This document shows, one piece after another, positions 1 to 9,395 of a DNA stretch of 27,670 bases. Location: assembly GCA_964499375.1 (NCBI GenBank), contig CAZCKW010000001.1, forward strand, positions 1 to 27,670, given 5' to 3'. How positions within the stretch are numbered: position 1 is the first letter of the stretch; every line of letters starts with the position of its first letter. The position numbers were made by a program, and so were the translations under genes. Origin of the DNA: an uncultured Dehalococcoidales bacterium. GTDB lineage: Bacteria > Chloroflexota > Dehalococcoidia > GIF9 > AB-539-J10. Below the pieces are notes generated by a model. It was not told where the DNA came from. It made no database searches and saw nothing but the letters and a program-made list of their open reading frames with translations.

Positions 1-63
1 TATATCTACCATCGCCCGGTCGTCCGGTTCAAATACCTGTACCCGTATGACAGGGATAATTAA
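1..63 (+). CDS. Probable 3' end of an upstream CDS (partial, unknown product)
   Basis: Frame 1 is open from base 1 (YIYHRPVVRFKYLYPYDRDN) to TAA at 61-63, followed by AT-rich intergenic sequence. No family recognised. Confidence 0.3.
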   Translation, partial: YIYHRPVVRFKYLYPYDRDN

Positions 64-183
64 CTAAAAGCACTTGGATTGAGGGAAAATAGAATCACGG
101 ACTATTAGCTGGCGTGAAAATTGTTATATTACCCAGCAAGCAGAGGAGCTTGAAGTTCTAATCAAGCAGAGGGATTACTTCCC

Positions 184-2082
184 ATGAATAAGGTAATTAA
201 ATTAGCAGACAAAGCCACAAATGCCGTTACCTCGGTAACAGGTCAAATATCATCGTGGCTGTTAGTGATAGTTGCTCTTTTCGTTTTCGTTAACGTAGTC
301 AGCAGGTTTATCGGGACACCTTTGCCCTGGCTTTTTACTGCTACCTGCTACGGAGTGGTAGCCTGTACCTTCATTGGTGCCAGTTATGGCCTCAGGGAAG
401 GCGTACATGTCCGCGTAGAGCTCTTCAGAGAACATTTGCCTGAAAAGACTAATGCAGCCCTGGATGTTTTTATATACATAATTGCCATAGTTTTCTTTAT
501 CATCCTGGGCTGGAAAGGGGCTCTATGGACCCATAGCAGCTATGTTCTTGGTGTAACCAGCGTCACCGCTGTTTTGAAAATCCCAAAGTGGATAATCATC
601 GCAGTAGTTCCTTTGGGATGCCTTTTACTTAGTGTACAGTCCCTCAAAATAGTAGTCAGCAGCGCTCGTCAACTATTCAATGCTTCACTCAAGCCTTCGC
701 CCTCGAGATTAAGGGACAGGCCAATTGTAACTCTTTCCTTAGTAGCAGTAGCGCTCGTTATAGGCGCAATACTGCTTATTTATGTGCATCCGCTTATTGG
801 GCTGTTTATCATTCTTCTGACCCTCTTGTTTACCGGGATGCCTGTTGCTTTCGCGCTGGGTGCTGTAGGATGTCTGGGCATATACTGCCTCTTTGGTAGT
901 TCACAGTTCATTCAACTTCCTCTTACCGCTTTTAAGCAACTTAACTCATTTCCCCTAACTGCAGCGCCGCTTTTTATACTGGGCGGTATATTAATGAGTG
1001 ATGCCGGACTGGCCGAAAGGATTTTCTCATTTGTCGAAGTCTGGCTCAGGCGTGTTCCCTCTCCACTGTTGATAGCAACTGTACTATCGGGCGGCATCTT
1101 CTGCGCCATAACCGGCTCTAGCGTGGCTGCCACAGCCGCTATGTCTGCCATCTGCCTACCCCTGTTGTTTGCCCGGGGTTACAATAAAGAGCATTCATGT
1201 GGTGCCGTTGCCGGCTCAACTGTTGGAACACTAATCCCTCCTTCCGCTGGATTTATTCTGTACGGGATAATAGTAAGTGAATCAATAAGTCGGCTATTTA
1301 TGGCTGGAGTTATGCCTGCCTTACTTCTATTCTCCCTTTATATTGTATTCATTGTCTTGCGACCACGCTTTCTTAAAAAAGATAAAAAAGAGCAACTCGC
1401 ACCCCTTCCACCAACCTCAATGAAAGAAAAGCTTGTGTCTCTAAAATCAGGAGCCTGGGGGCTAATTACACCGATCGTTGTGCTTGGCGGTATTTACCTT
1501 GGATTGTTCACACCGACAGAAGCAGGAGGGATTCTGGTAGCATATGCTCTTATAGTAGGTGTATTTATACTTAAGACTCTTACCTGGCAAGAGTTAAAAA
1601 AGAGTATCCTGAAAAGTACCCAGCTCAGCTTAATGGTCCTATGTATCGTGGCTTTCGCGGCAATTTACGGGTCTGTAATCTCACAAAACCAAATCATGCA
1701 TAGCGTGCTTGCAGCGGTTGAGGCAGCAAACCTGACCCCAATAACCTTTTTATTAATTGTTTTCTTCATACTGCTCATCCTTGGGATGTTTATGGAATGT
1801 ATCTCCATTATGTTAATTACCCTTCCCCTTACCTTCCCCATTGCTATGGCATTGGGCATTCATCCCCTCTGGTTTGGTGTTTTCTATATTCTGAATGGTG
1901 AGATAGGACTGCTTACACCACCTGTAGGTCTGAACCTGTTCGTTATCAAGGGGATAACTAAAATGCCACTTGGCAGTATTGTGCGTGGTACCATACCATT
2001 CTTGATTATAATGGTGCTAACTCTGGTATTAATATACCTCTTCCCACAAATAGTCTTATGGCTACCAGGCACTATGTTCTAA
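184..2082 (+). CDS. dctM: TRAP transporter, fused small+large permease (DctQ-DctM)
   Basis: 632 aa, highly hydrophobic. N-terminal DctQ-like region (FIGASYGLREGVHVRVE). DctM motifs GMPVAFALG, PLFILGG, GSSVAATAA, LIPPS, TPTEAG, TPPVGLNLFV. Confidence 0.92.
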   Translation: MNKVIKLADKATNAVTSVTGQISSWLLVIVALFVFVNVVSRFIGTPLPWLFTATCYGVVACTFIGASYGLREGVHVRVELFREHLPEKTNAALDVFIYIIAIVFFIILGWKGALWTHSSYVLGVTSVTAVLKIPKWIIIAVVPLGCLLLSVQSLKIVVSSARQLFNASLKPSPSRLRDRPIVTLSLVAVALVIGAILLIYVHPLIGLFIILLTLLFTGMPVAFALGAVGCLGIYCLFGSSQFIQLPLTAFKQLNSFPLTAAPLFILGGILMSDAGLAERIFSFVEVWLRRVPSPLLIATVLSGGIFCAITGSSVAATAAMSAICLPLLFARGYNKEHSCGAVAGSTVGTLIPPSAGFILYGIIVSESISRLFMAGVMPALLLFSLYIVFIVLRPRFLKKDKKEQLAPLPPTSMKEKLVSLKSGAWGLITPIVVLGGIYLGLFTPTEAGGILVAYALIVGVFILKTLTWQELKKSILKSTQLSLMVLCIVAFAAIYGSVISQNQIMHSVLAAVEAANLTPITFLLIVFFILLILGMFMECISIMLITLPLTFPIAMALGIHPLWFGVFYILNGEIGLLTPPVGLNLFVIKGITKMPLGSIVRGTIPFLIIMVLTLVLIYLFPQIVLWLPGTMF

Positions 2083-2172
2083 AAATTACCCCAGTAAGTG
2101 ATAAAAGATGGAGTAACTACGGTGGACTAAAATCTTACACAGGGAAGAGAAAATTAACGGAGGTTTAAAACA

Positions 2173-3399
2173 ATGGCAGAAGGGCTAATGTTGAAAGACA
2201 TGGAAAAGCATATTAAGGAGAATTATGTGGGCAAAGAGGTGAGGGAAATGAGACTTCCTGAGCCCTTTCCTTTAGACTGGATCAGAATAAAGTTTTACTG
2301 CGACGGTATAGGTGACGATAATCCGCTCTTCACCGACCCCGCCTATGGTCCAAAAACTAGATGGGGATGCCTAATCGCTCCCCCGACTATCATTTCTGCA
2401 GTGAGATATCCCCAGCCCCATTCTGGGTGTTTTGATAAACCTTGGAGAGTGCTGAACTTTGTTGGAGGCAATGAGCTTGAGTGGGTCGATGTATTTCGAG
2501 CCGGGGATAGATATACAACTAGTCTGGTACTCAAGGATGTTTGGATGAAGCATGGGGGAAAGGGCGATTTGCTTTTCCTGATTGCCGAAGGGGGAGTGTG
2601 GAATCAACATGGTGACCTCATAGGTAAACAGGATGCAATGCAGATCCAAGTGGACATGCCTGAAGAGGCGAAGGCCGGGGAGTCGGGGTATATGCTCTAT
2701 GCAAAAGAAGAGCCTTATAAGTATAGCCAGAAGGAAATAGAGGAAATTACAACCGCCTACGATGCCGAGACACAACGCGGTAGTAAAACCCTCTATTGGG
2801 ATGAGGTAAATGTCGGCGATAAATTGCCCAAAATGGCCAGAGGGCCATTAACCCTGTTGGAGCAGATTACATATCGCGGTCATGGATTATGCATGGCTAT
2901 AGCCTGGCCGGGTACATTCAAGATAGGGTATAAGGTTGGAAAGGCACAGTTCGGTTAGTACGCATTGCGTACTAACCCTACGACCAATTGGCCATACGAG
3001 AGTGCCGAGGCTGAGCATAACGATATAACCTTAGTCCGAGCCAGAGGTCTGGGTTTACCTTTCGACTATGGTGCCCAGAGATATGAAATGGCGGGAACTC
3101 TAATTACTAACTGGATGGGAGACGACGGTTTCTTGAGACGCATGAATGTACAGATACGGAAACCCTGCAATTTAGGAGATACGACCTGGTTTAGCGGGGA
3201 AGTAGTCAAAAAGTATAAGGTGACCGAGGGGGAAGTTGAATACGGTGCGGTTGATATTAGAATTGATGGGGTAAATCAGCGTGGCGAGATGACTACACCT
3301 GGAACTGCCACCACTTATCTTCCGTCACCTGGCCGTGAGGTTACAGTGCCTATACCAGTTAAGGTCGATGTAATTGGCTCTACGTCAACAATACAATAA
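2173..3399 (+). pseudogene. Double hot-dog / MaoC-like acyl dehydratase family gene interrupted by a single in-frame TAG (2956-2958); pseudogene, read-through or sequence error
   Basis: ORFs 2173-2958 and 2965-3399 share a frame (…TTC GGT TAG TAC GCA TTG CGT…). SD GGAGG at 2159-2163. MaoC-N-like motif FYCDGIGDDNPLFTDPAY in the first half; FDYGAQR…TNWMGDDGFL…GDTTWFSGEV hot-dog motif in the second. No SD before 2965. Confidence 0.75.
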
Positions 3400-3463
3400 C
3401 CCCAAAGTAATCCTCCAGCTCTATCTGCCCCTGATCTCTAACAAAATGATCTTGTTCAGATAG

Positions 3464-4162
3464 ATGAGAGACACATACAGGAAATCACGACTTATGACAA
3501 AGCCAAGGTTTGTTCCGCTTGCGAATTACCGCGAATACCCTGTAGAGGAGATGAAGCAACGGGCGGCTACTTTCTACGCAGACATGCAACGGAGACGCAC
3601 GGTACGTCACTTTTCGGACCGACCGATACCACTTAAGATAATAGAGAATTGCCTGCGCGCATCTTCAACCGCACCCAGTGGTGCTCACATGCAACCATGG
3701 CATTTTTCGGTTGTCACCGACCCTGCGGTAAAGCGGCAGATTCGGGAAGCAGCCGAAGAACGTGAGCATGAATTCTATAAAAAATATGCCCCCCAAGAAT
3801 GGCTGGAAGCCCTGTTCCCTTTAGGTACCGATGAGCATAAGCCTTTTCTGGAGACCGCGCCATGCCTGATTGTTATTTTCGCACAGCGTTACGGGCTGTC
3901 ACCAGACGAAGGAATAATCAAGCACTACTATGTCTCTGAATCAGTCGGCATCGCGACCGGTATACTTATTACAGCAATTCACCAAGCCGGTCTCGTTTCG
4001 CTCACCTATACCCCCAACCCGATGTATTTCCTGAGTGATATCCTCGGTCGACCTGCCAACGAGAAACCGTTTCTAGTCCTGGTGGTCGGCTATCCTTCTG
4101 ACGATGCAGTGGTGCCTGACCTTCACCGGAAGTCATTGCAAGAGATAGCCTCATTCATTTGA
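3464..4162 (+). CDS. iyd: Iodotyrosine deiodinase-like flavoprotein (nitroreductase superfamily); start may be ATG 3494
   Basis: FMN-binding RRTVRHFS and [13 protein letters not shown] lid signature E-x3-Y (EHEFY) plus [32 protein letters not shown] and LTYTPNPM carry the IYD-type Thr. Confidence 0.85.
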   Translation: MRDTYRKSRLMTKPRFVPLANYREYPVEEMKQRAATFYADMQRRRTVRHFSDRPIPLKIIENCLRASSTAPSGAHMQPWHFSVVTDPAVKRQIREAAEEREHEFYKKYAPQEWLEALFPLGTDEHKPFLETAPCLIVIFAQRYGLSPDEGIIKHYYVSESVGIATGILITAIHQAGLVSLTYTPNPMYFLSDILGRPANEKPFLVLVVGYPSDDAVVPDLHRKSLQEIASFI

Positions 4163-4380
4163 GATATTATAAGCTTAACCGATGTCCCTCTCCTTGCAGG
4201 ACCTTAATAACCTGACTTCCTTCAAGGCAGTCTACAAACATAGAGATTGGGCAATCGAGAGCTCAATATGGGTTTAAGGGGCTCTATCCAAAACAAAAAC
4301 ATAATTCTTGAGCCCTGAAGAGGCCTTTGTAGCTTTTCCTGTACAACTACTGATAGAAGCGTGGGTGCCTATCAAACCCT

Positions 4381-4421
4381 AAAAAGAGGCGCCACACCGC
4401 GACAAGTCACAGTATGGCGCC
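4381..4421 (-). terminator. Intrinsic terminator of dctP
   Basis: Minus strand: GGCGCCATACTGTGA-CTTG-TCGCGGTGTGGCGCC, a 15-bp stem with 3 G-U pairs that form only on this strand, then TCTTTTT. Lies ~20 nt after the dctP stop. Confidence 0.85.
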
Positions 4422-4441
4422 ATAAGATTGCCCTGGAAAAC

Positions 4442-5518
4442 TTACTCGCCAAATAGCGCTAAAAGTGCCTTAGCTGTATCCCCCTCTCCAGCATCCGTAC
4501 ATACCGATAAATACTTGGCGTAAGCTGACCTCGATGTCTCTTTCCATATTGCCGCCTCTTCAGGCGTAAATACCTTAACGTTCATTCCGTGGCCCCTGAG
4601 TTCTTCTCGAGCTGCCTCATCAACTGCCCTTTGCCCGGACATACCCAGATCATGAGCATTCTTAGCAGCCTCTGCGATAACCGCCTGAACATCCGGTGGC
4701 AATCCATCCCATACTTTTTTATTCATAAAGATTCCCCACATAGAACAACAGACTGTGCCGAAAACATAGTCTGAAATGTCATACCACTTTCTTGCTGTAA
4801 CGCTCTGCCAGCTTGACATTATTCCCTCAAGAGCCCCTTTAGCACAAGCATCGTATGCCTCATCAGGACTCATAGCCGCCGGAATTCCTCCCCAGGCTTC
4901 AATGTCATGAAAGAATGGGTCTGACATCCCCCTGATTCTAAGTCCTTCACAATCCTCCGGCCATTCAACAAGAGTGGTGGTTGCCACACAACTGGAACTA
5001 TAAGGAACGAAGGCAAGGCGCTTTACCCCTACTTCCTCCCATAAAGGGTCTACAATGGGAATTATCTGAGCCTCATATTCTTGAAACATGGGGATATCCT
5101 TAATCAGGAAAGCATAAAGGGTGAAACCGAAGACCGGGCTATATCCAGTCCAGTGGTCCGTGGCACTGAATGACATGTCAACAGCCCCTAATTGTACTGC
5201 TTCTGCACCATCTATATGCCCATAAAGCTCTTTCCCGGGATAAAGCTCTACAGTAACCCTCCCATTAGTTTTTTGCTCAATCTCCGCTTTGAATTTGGGA
5301 AGTATATCCGTATTCTGAAAGACCGTTGGAGCCAAGCCATTACATAATCTCAATGTAATGGCTTCTGGTTCTGGCTCTGGCGCCGGTGCTGGCGCAGGTG
5401 CCGGCGTCGGTGCTGGCGCAGGTGCCGGCGCTGGTGCTGGTGCCGGCTTGGCACAACCACTAAAGATCAATCCCGCCATCAACATAACTATTACTGGAAT
5501 TAATAAAAATCTCTTCAT
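4442..5518 (-). CDS. dctP: TRAP substrate-binding lipoprotein (DctP family)
   Basis: Lipoprotein signal MKRFLL…LIFSGC, Pro/Ala linker, then DctP motifs (TNGRVTVELYPGKELY, GLRIR with the conserved Arg, WDGLPPDVQAVI). SD AAGGAG upstream. Confidence 0.9.
   Translation of the reverse strand: MKRFLLIPVIVMLMAGLIFSGCAKPAPAPAPAPAPAPTPAPAPAPAPEPEPEAITLRLCNGLAPTVFQNTDILPKFKAEIEQKTNGRVTVELYPGKELYGHIDGAEAVQLGAVDMSFSATDHWTGYSPVFGFTLYAFLIKDIPMFQEYEAQIIPIVDPLWEEVGVKRLAFVPYSSSCVATTTLVEWPEDCEGLRIRGMSDPFFHDIEAWGGIPAAMSPDEAYDACAKGALEGIMSSWQSVTARKWYDISDYVFGTVCCSMWGIFMNKKVWDGLPPDVQAVIAEAAKNAHDLGMSGQRAVDEAAREELRGHGMNVKVFTPEEAAIWKETSRSAYAKYLSVCTDAGEGDTAKALLALFGE
5363..5446 (-). repeat. Low-complexity (PA)n/(PE)n linker repeat in DctP, including a perfect 23-bp direct repeat (5384-5406 and 5408-5430)
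   Basis: Encodes PAPAPAPAPAPAPTPAPAPAPAPEPEPE right after the lipobox Cys. Confidence 0.9.
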
Positions 5519-5662
5519 CCTTCGTTATAACTCCTTTCTTTAAATTTTTGGTATACGAAGACCTGCTTGATTACTTTGCTATATTGGCATACGCATCACC
5601 CCCTTGATATAGCTTAACTCAAAGTATTTAACTTCTATTCCCCGACCTAACTGCAGAAAAAT

Positions 5663-5691
5663 AACTTATAGCATTACCTCTCGTTTGTCAA
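5663..5691 (-). promoter_or_regulatory. Sigma70-type promoter for dctP
   Basis: Minus strand TTGACA (5686-5691), 17 nt spacer, TAAGTT (5663-5668). Confidence 0.65.
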
Positions 5692-5880
5692 TACCCCGCT
5701 GGCTACAAGGTAGAATGATACCTTCATACACAAACAAACATGATATCTATAGTATGCTCCCCCGCTCAATATAATTACCTTCATCACAGAAAGACACTTT
5801 AATAGATCAGCCAGATAAAGAATATGGTGCTAAAACCTTAGAACATTTCTAAAGAGTCTTGACATACCAAAAAGTCGAAT

Positions 5881-5910
5881 TTGACACTTCCATTCCTAGT
5901 ATGTTACAGT
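5881..5910 (+). promoter_or_regulatory. Sigma70-type promoter of the str/S10 superoperon
   Basis: TTGACA (5881-5886), 18 nt spacer ending in TGn, TACAGT (5905-5910); ~146 nt upstream of rpsL. Confidence 0.7.
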
Positions 5911-5916
5911 ACAAAG

Positions 5917-6030
5917 CTGGTGTCTACTAAGAAGTAAACAGGTATAGAGCTAGGAAAACCGGCCAGTTAAAGCCGAGAAGCATTGTTGAAGGTAAGTAGA
6001 CCGGTATTTGACTAGACGGCTTTTTTATTG
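5917..6030 (+). promoter_or_regulatory. Candidate structured 5' leader of rpsL
   Basis: Complementary pairs GTCTACT (5922-28)/AGTAGAC (5995-6001), AAAGCCG (5969-75)/CGGCTTT (6017-23) followed by a T-run, and ACCGG (5958-62)/CCGGT (6001-05). Confidence 0.4.
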
Positions 6031-6056
6031 CCCAGAAATAACGGGAGATTGCGGAA

Positions 6057-6473
6057 ATGCCAACGATTAATCAGCTTGTTCGTAAAGGGCGGCAGAAGTT
6101 CCATAAGCGAACTAAGGCTCCTGCATTGCATTACAGACATAATGCTATGACAGGTGAAACCAAGTGGACTTCAGGATCGCCTCAGAAACGCGGCGTTTGT
6201 ATTCAGGTCAAGACCGTTACACCCAAAAAGCCAAACTCGGCGCTACGCAAAATCGCTCGTGTAAGGCTAACCAATGGTATGGAGGTAAACGTCTATATCC
6301 CCGGCGAAGGCCACAATTTACAGGAACACTCTGTAATCTTGATTCGTGGTGGCAGGGTTAAGGATGTTCCTGGTGTTCGCTACCATGCCATCCGTGGCAC
6401 ATTAGATACTGAAGGCGTAGCTGGACGGAAGCAATGTCGCAGTAGATATGGTTGCAAGAAACCACAAAAATAG
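6057..6473 (+). CDS. rpsL: 30S ribosomal protein S12
   Basis: [35 protein letters not shown]; N-terminal insertion typical of Firmicutes/Chloroflexota S12. Confidence 0.99.
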   Translation: MPTINQLVRKGRQKFHKRTKAPALHYRHNAMTGETKWTSGSPQKRGVCIQVKTVTPKKPNSALRKIARVRLTNGMEVNVYIPGEGHNLQEHSVILIRGGRVKDVPGVRYHAIRGTLDTEGVAGRKQCRSRYGCKKPQK

Positions 6474-6485
6474 TGAGGACACCAG

Positions 6486-6959
6486 ATGCCAAGAAGAGCT
6501 AAAAAAGCATTAAAAAGAGTATTGCCACCTGATGCTAAATATAGCAGCATTACTGTAAGCAAATTCATTAATAAGCTTATGTTAAGAGGGCAGAAAGCTA
6601 CGGCTGAATATATTACCTACAATGCTACTCAGCTTGCCAGTCAACAACTCGATATCAGCCCTGTGGAGGTTTTGGAACAGGCTATCGAGAATAGCACGCC
6701 ACTTGTCCGTGTCAAGGCACGCCGAGTTGGAGGTGCCACATATCAAGTTCCTATTGAGGTAGAGAGGGATTCTGGACGTTCCATGGCTATGCGCTGGCTT
6801 ATTACCTCAGCACGGGCACGCAGCGGAAAATCTATGGTGGACAAACTAACAACTGAGTTAATCGACGCTGTTAAAGGTCAGGGGGCGACAGTTAAAAAAC
6901 GTGATGATATCCACAAGATGGCTGAAGCCAATAAAGCCTTCGCCCACTATCGCTGGTAA
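6486..6959 (+). CDS. rpsG: 30S ribosomal protein S7
   Basis: RRVGGATYQVP, HKMAEANKAFAHYRW. Confidence 0.99.
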   Translation: MPRRAKKALKRVLPPDAKYSSITVSKFINKLMLRGQKATAEYITYNATQLASQQLDISPVEVLEQAIENSTPLVRVKARRVGGATYQVPIEVERDSGRSMAMRWLITSARARSGKSMVDKLTTELIDAVKGQGATVKKRDDIHKMAEANKAFAHYRW

Positions 6960-7004
6960 GAGATTATAGTGAAAACAGTACTTGCGATAAAGGATAAACC
7001 TACA

Positions 7005-9080
7005 ATGAGAACCTTCCCTTTGGAAAAGATACGAAATATAGGAATCATCGCTCATATAGACGCTGGTAAAACCACCGCCACAGAGAGGATTCTCTATCAT
7101 ACAGGGCATACCTATAAAATAGGAGGGGTGGATGAAGGGACAGCAGTAATGGATTGGATGCTGCAGGAACGAGAGCGCGGCATTACTATCACCTCAGCCG
7201 CCACTACCTGTCACTGGGATAAGCATCGCATCAATATTATCGACACTCCAGGACATGTGGATTTCACTGCTGAGGTTGAACGTAGTCTCCGAGTACTGGA
7301 TGGTGGGATTGTAATCCTTGATGCTGTAGCCGGGGTAGAAGCTCAATCAGAGACTGTTTGGCGCCAGGCGAATAAATATAATGTTGCCAGGATCTGCTTT
7401 ATCAATAAAATGGATAGGATTGGCTCAGATTATTATCACACAATCAACATGATTCAGGAGCGATTGCGAGCCAATGTATTACCAATACAGCTCCCACTGG
7501 GTACAGAGAGCTCTTTTCGGGGCATTATTGACCTTGTAGAGAACAAGGCAATTATCTTCCCTGACGACCCCCAACTGTTGCCAGCGGAGGACTCTATACC
7601 TGAAAGTGACAGGGCTATTGCGACTAAATACCGTCAATCGTTGATTGAGAAATTAGCCGAGAACGATGACCAGATCATGCTTGAATATCTGGAGGGTCAC
7701 GAAATTCCCGTTTCTCAACTCAAAACAGCCATAAGAAGACTGACTATAAATAACCTAATAGTACCCATACTGTGCGGTAGCGCTTTAAAAGGTAAGGGGA
7801 TTCGACCCTTGCTTGATGCCACTGTAAATTACCTTCCTTCACCTTTAGATATTCCTCCTATTCAAGCTATCAATCCCAGGAATGGGCAGAACCTCTTTTG
7901 CCTGGCAAACGACGAAGAACCTCTTGCTTGTCTAGCTTTTAAGGTTGTTTCCGACCCATTTATGGGCCGATTAACCTTCCTGCGAGTATATTCAGGCAAA
8001 GTGAAGTCTGGAGTACAGGTTCTCAACTCCACCAGGAGTGAGAAGGAACGCGTGGGAAGGTTATTTATTATGCATGCCAATCATCGAGAAGAACTCGATG
8101 AAGCCGACACTGGTAGCATTGTAGCTACTGTAGGTTTTAAGAAAACATCCACAGGTGACACTCTTTGCGACACTATTCGGCCGGTACTTTTTGAGGCCAT
8201 ACATTTTGCCGAGCCAGTACTTTCAATGGCTATTGAACCCAAAAGTAAAGCTGACCAAGATAAGTTAGGGGATACTCTTAGCAAGCTTGCCGAAGAGGAT
8301 CCCACCTTTAAGTTCCACAATGACCCAGAAACAAGTCAGATGCTTATCTCAGGAATGGGTGAACTACACCTTGAAGTAGTGGCAGAACGTATATCCAGCG
8401 AGTTTGGCGTGAAAGTAAAGGTGGGCGAGCCTCAAGTAGCTTATAAAGAAACGATTACTGCACCTGTAGAATCTGAAGGAAGGTTCATCCGCCAATCTGG
8501 CGGCAAAGGACAATATGGGCACGTCTGGCTCAAGCTTGAGCCTGGCGAGAGAGGAAGCGGGTTCGAGTTTAATAACCAAATCCGGAGTGGAGCTATACCC
8601 AAGGAATTTATCTCACCAATAGCAAGCGGAGTTAAGGACGCTCTGCAAAATGGGCCGATGGCTGGTTATCCAACGGTAGATATTAAAGTGAGTTTATATG
8701 ACGGCAGTTATCATGAGGTTGATTCTTCCGACCTGGCTTTCAAGATAGCAGGTTCCATTGCTACTAAGAACGGTATGGCGAAAGCAAACCCCATTCTTTT
8801 AGAACCTATTATGAAGGGCGAGATATTAACTCCATCACAATTCTTGGGAGATATTATCGGCGATTTGAATTCTCGGAGGGCACGTATCGATAACGTTGAA
8901 ACTAATGAAGGTTCTTCTGTTATCCGCTGCTTTATTCCTCTGGCCAGGACTTTTGGTTTTGTTAGCGACTTGAGATCACTCAGTCAAGGGAGAGCGACCT
9001 ACGCTATGGAGTTTTACCGCTATGAAGAGTTGCCGCATGGTTTGGGTGAGCAAATTGCGGCTAGCTCCAGGATACGATAA
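7005..9080 (+). CDS. fusA: Elongation factor G (start reassigned to ATG 7005; track uses GTG 6969)
   Basis: [38 protein letters not shown]; purine-rich AAGGA before 7005. Confidence 0.98.
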   Translation: MRTFPLEKIRNIGIIAHIDAGKTTATERILYHTGHTYKIGGVDEGTAVMDWMLQERERGITITSAATTCHWDKHRINIIDTPGHVDFTAEVERSLRVLDGGIVILDAVAGVEAQSETVWRQANKYNVARICFINKMDRIGSDYYHTINMIQERLRANVLPIQLPLGTESSFRGIIDLVENKAIIFPDDPQLLPAEDSIPESDRAIATKYRQSLIEKLAENDDQIMLEYLEGHEIPVSQLKTAIRRLTINNLIVPILCGSALKGKGIRPLLDATVNYLPSPLDIPPIQAINPRNGQNLFCLANDEEPLACLAFKVVSDPFMGRLTFLRVYSGKVKSGVQVLNSTRSEKERVGRLFIMHANHREELDEADTGSIVATVGFKKTSTGDTLCDTIRPVLFEAIHFAEPVLSMAIEPKSKADQDKLGDTLSKLAEEDPTFKFHNDPETSQMLISGMGELHLEVVAERISSEFGVKVKVGEPQVAYKETITAPVESEGRFIRQSGGKGQYGHVWLKLEPGERGSGFEFNNQIRSGAIPKEFISPIASGVKDALQNGPMAGYPTVDIKVSLYDGSYHEVDSSDLAFKIAGSIATKNGMAKANPILLEPIMKGEILTPSQFLGDIIGDLNSRRARIDNVETNEGSSVIRCFIPLARTFGFVSDLRSLSQGRATYAMEFYRYEELPHGLGEQIAASSRIR

Positions 9081-9388
9081 TGAGCAGTAATAAGGTTCGT
9101 GTTAAAATCAAGGGCTTTGATCACAGGTTAGTGGATCAATCAGTTAAGCAAATAATAGAAGCAGTAGAACGTACGGGAGCCATCATTACCGGTCCTGTAC
9201 CTTTGCCTACACACATAGAGAAATTCTGTGTCATACGCTCTTCAAATATTGATAAAGATTCAAGAGAACAATTTGAAATTCGCACTCATAAACGGCTTAT
9301 CGATATTTTACGGCCAACTTCTAAAACTATAGACGCCTTGACTCAAATTGATTTGCCTTCTGGCGTAAAGATAGATATAAAGTTATAG
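9080..9388 (+). CDS. rpsJ: 30S ribosomal protein S10
   Basis: [25 protein letters not shown]; TAATG overlap with fusA. Confidence 0.99.
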   Translation: MSSNKVRVKIKGFDHRLVDQSVKQIIEAVERTGAIITGPVPLPTHIEKFCVIRSSNIDKDSREQFEIRTHKRLIDILRPTSKTIDALTQIDLPSGVKIDIKL

Positions 9389-9395
9389 TAAAGCT

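Noticed and set aside
2956-2958. Selenocysteine recoding
   Set aside because: The codon is TAG, not TGA.
4163-4380. Possible ncRNA or mobile-element scar between iyd and the dctP terminator
   Set aside because: No terminal repeats, convincing ORF or stable structure visible.
5358-5543. Gly/Ala-repeat ORF on +
   Set aside because: Antisense of the Pro/Ala linker of DctP.
6057-6473. Streptomycin-resistance allele in S12
   Set aside because: The Lys residues in TPKKPNS and RVKD, and the Pro in PGVRY, are intact.
9078-9082. tuf missing between fusA and rpsJ
   Set aside because: Real, but as I recall Dehalococcoides has the same direct fusA-rpsJ junction with tuf elsewhere; used as a taxonomic clue, not a novelty.
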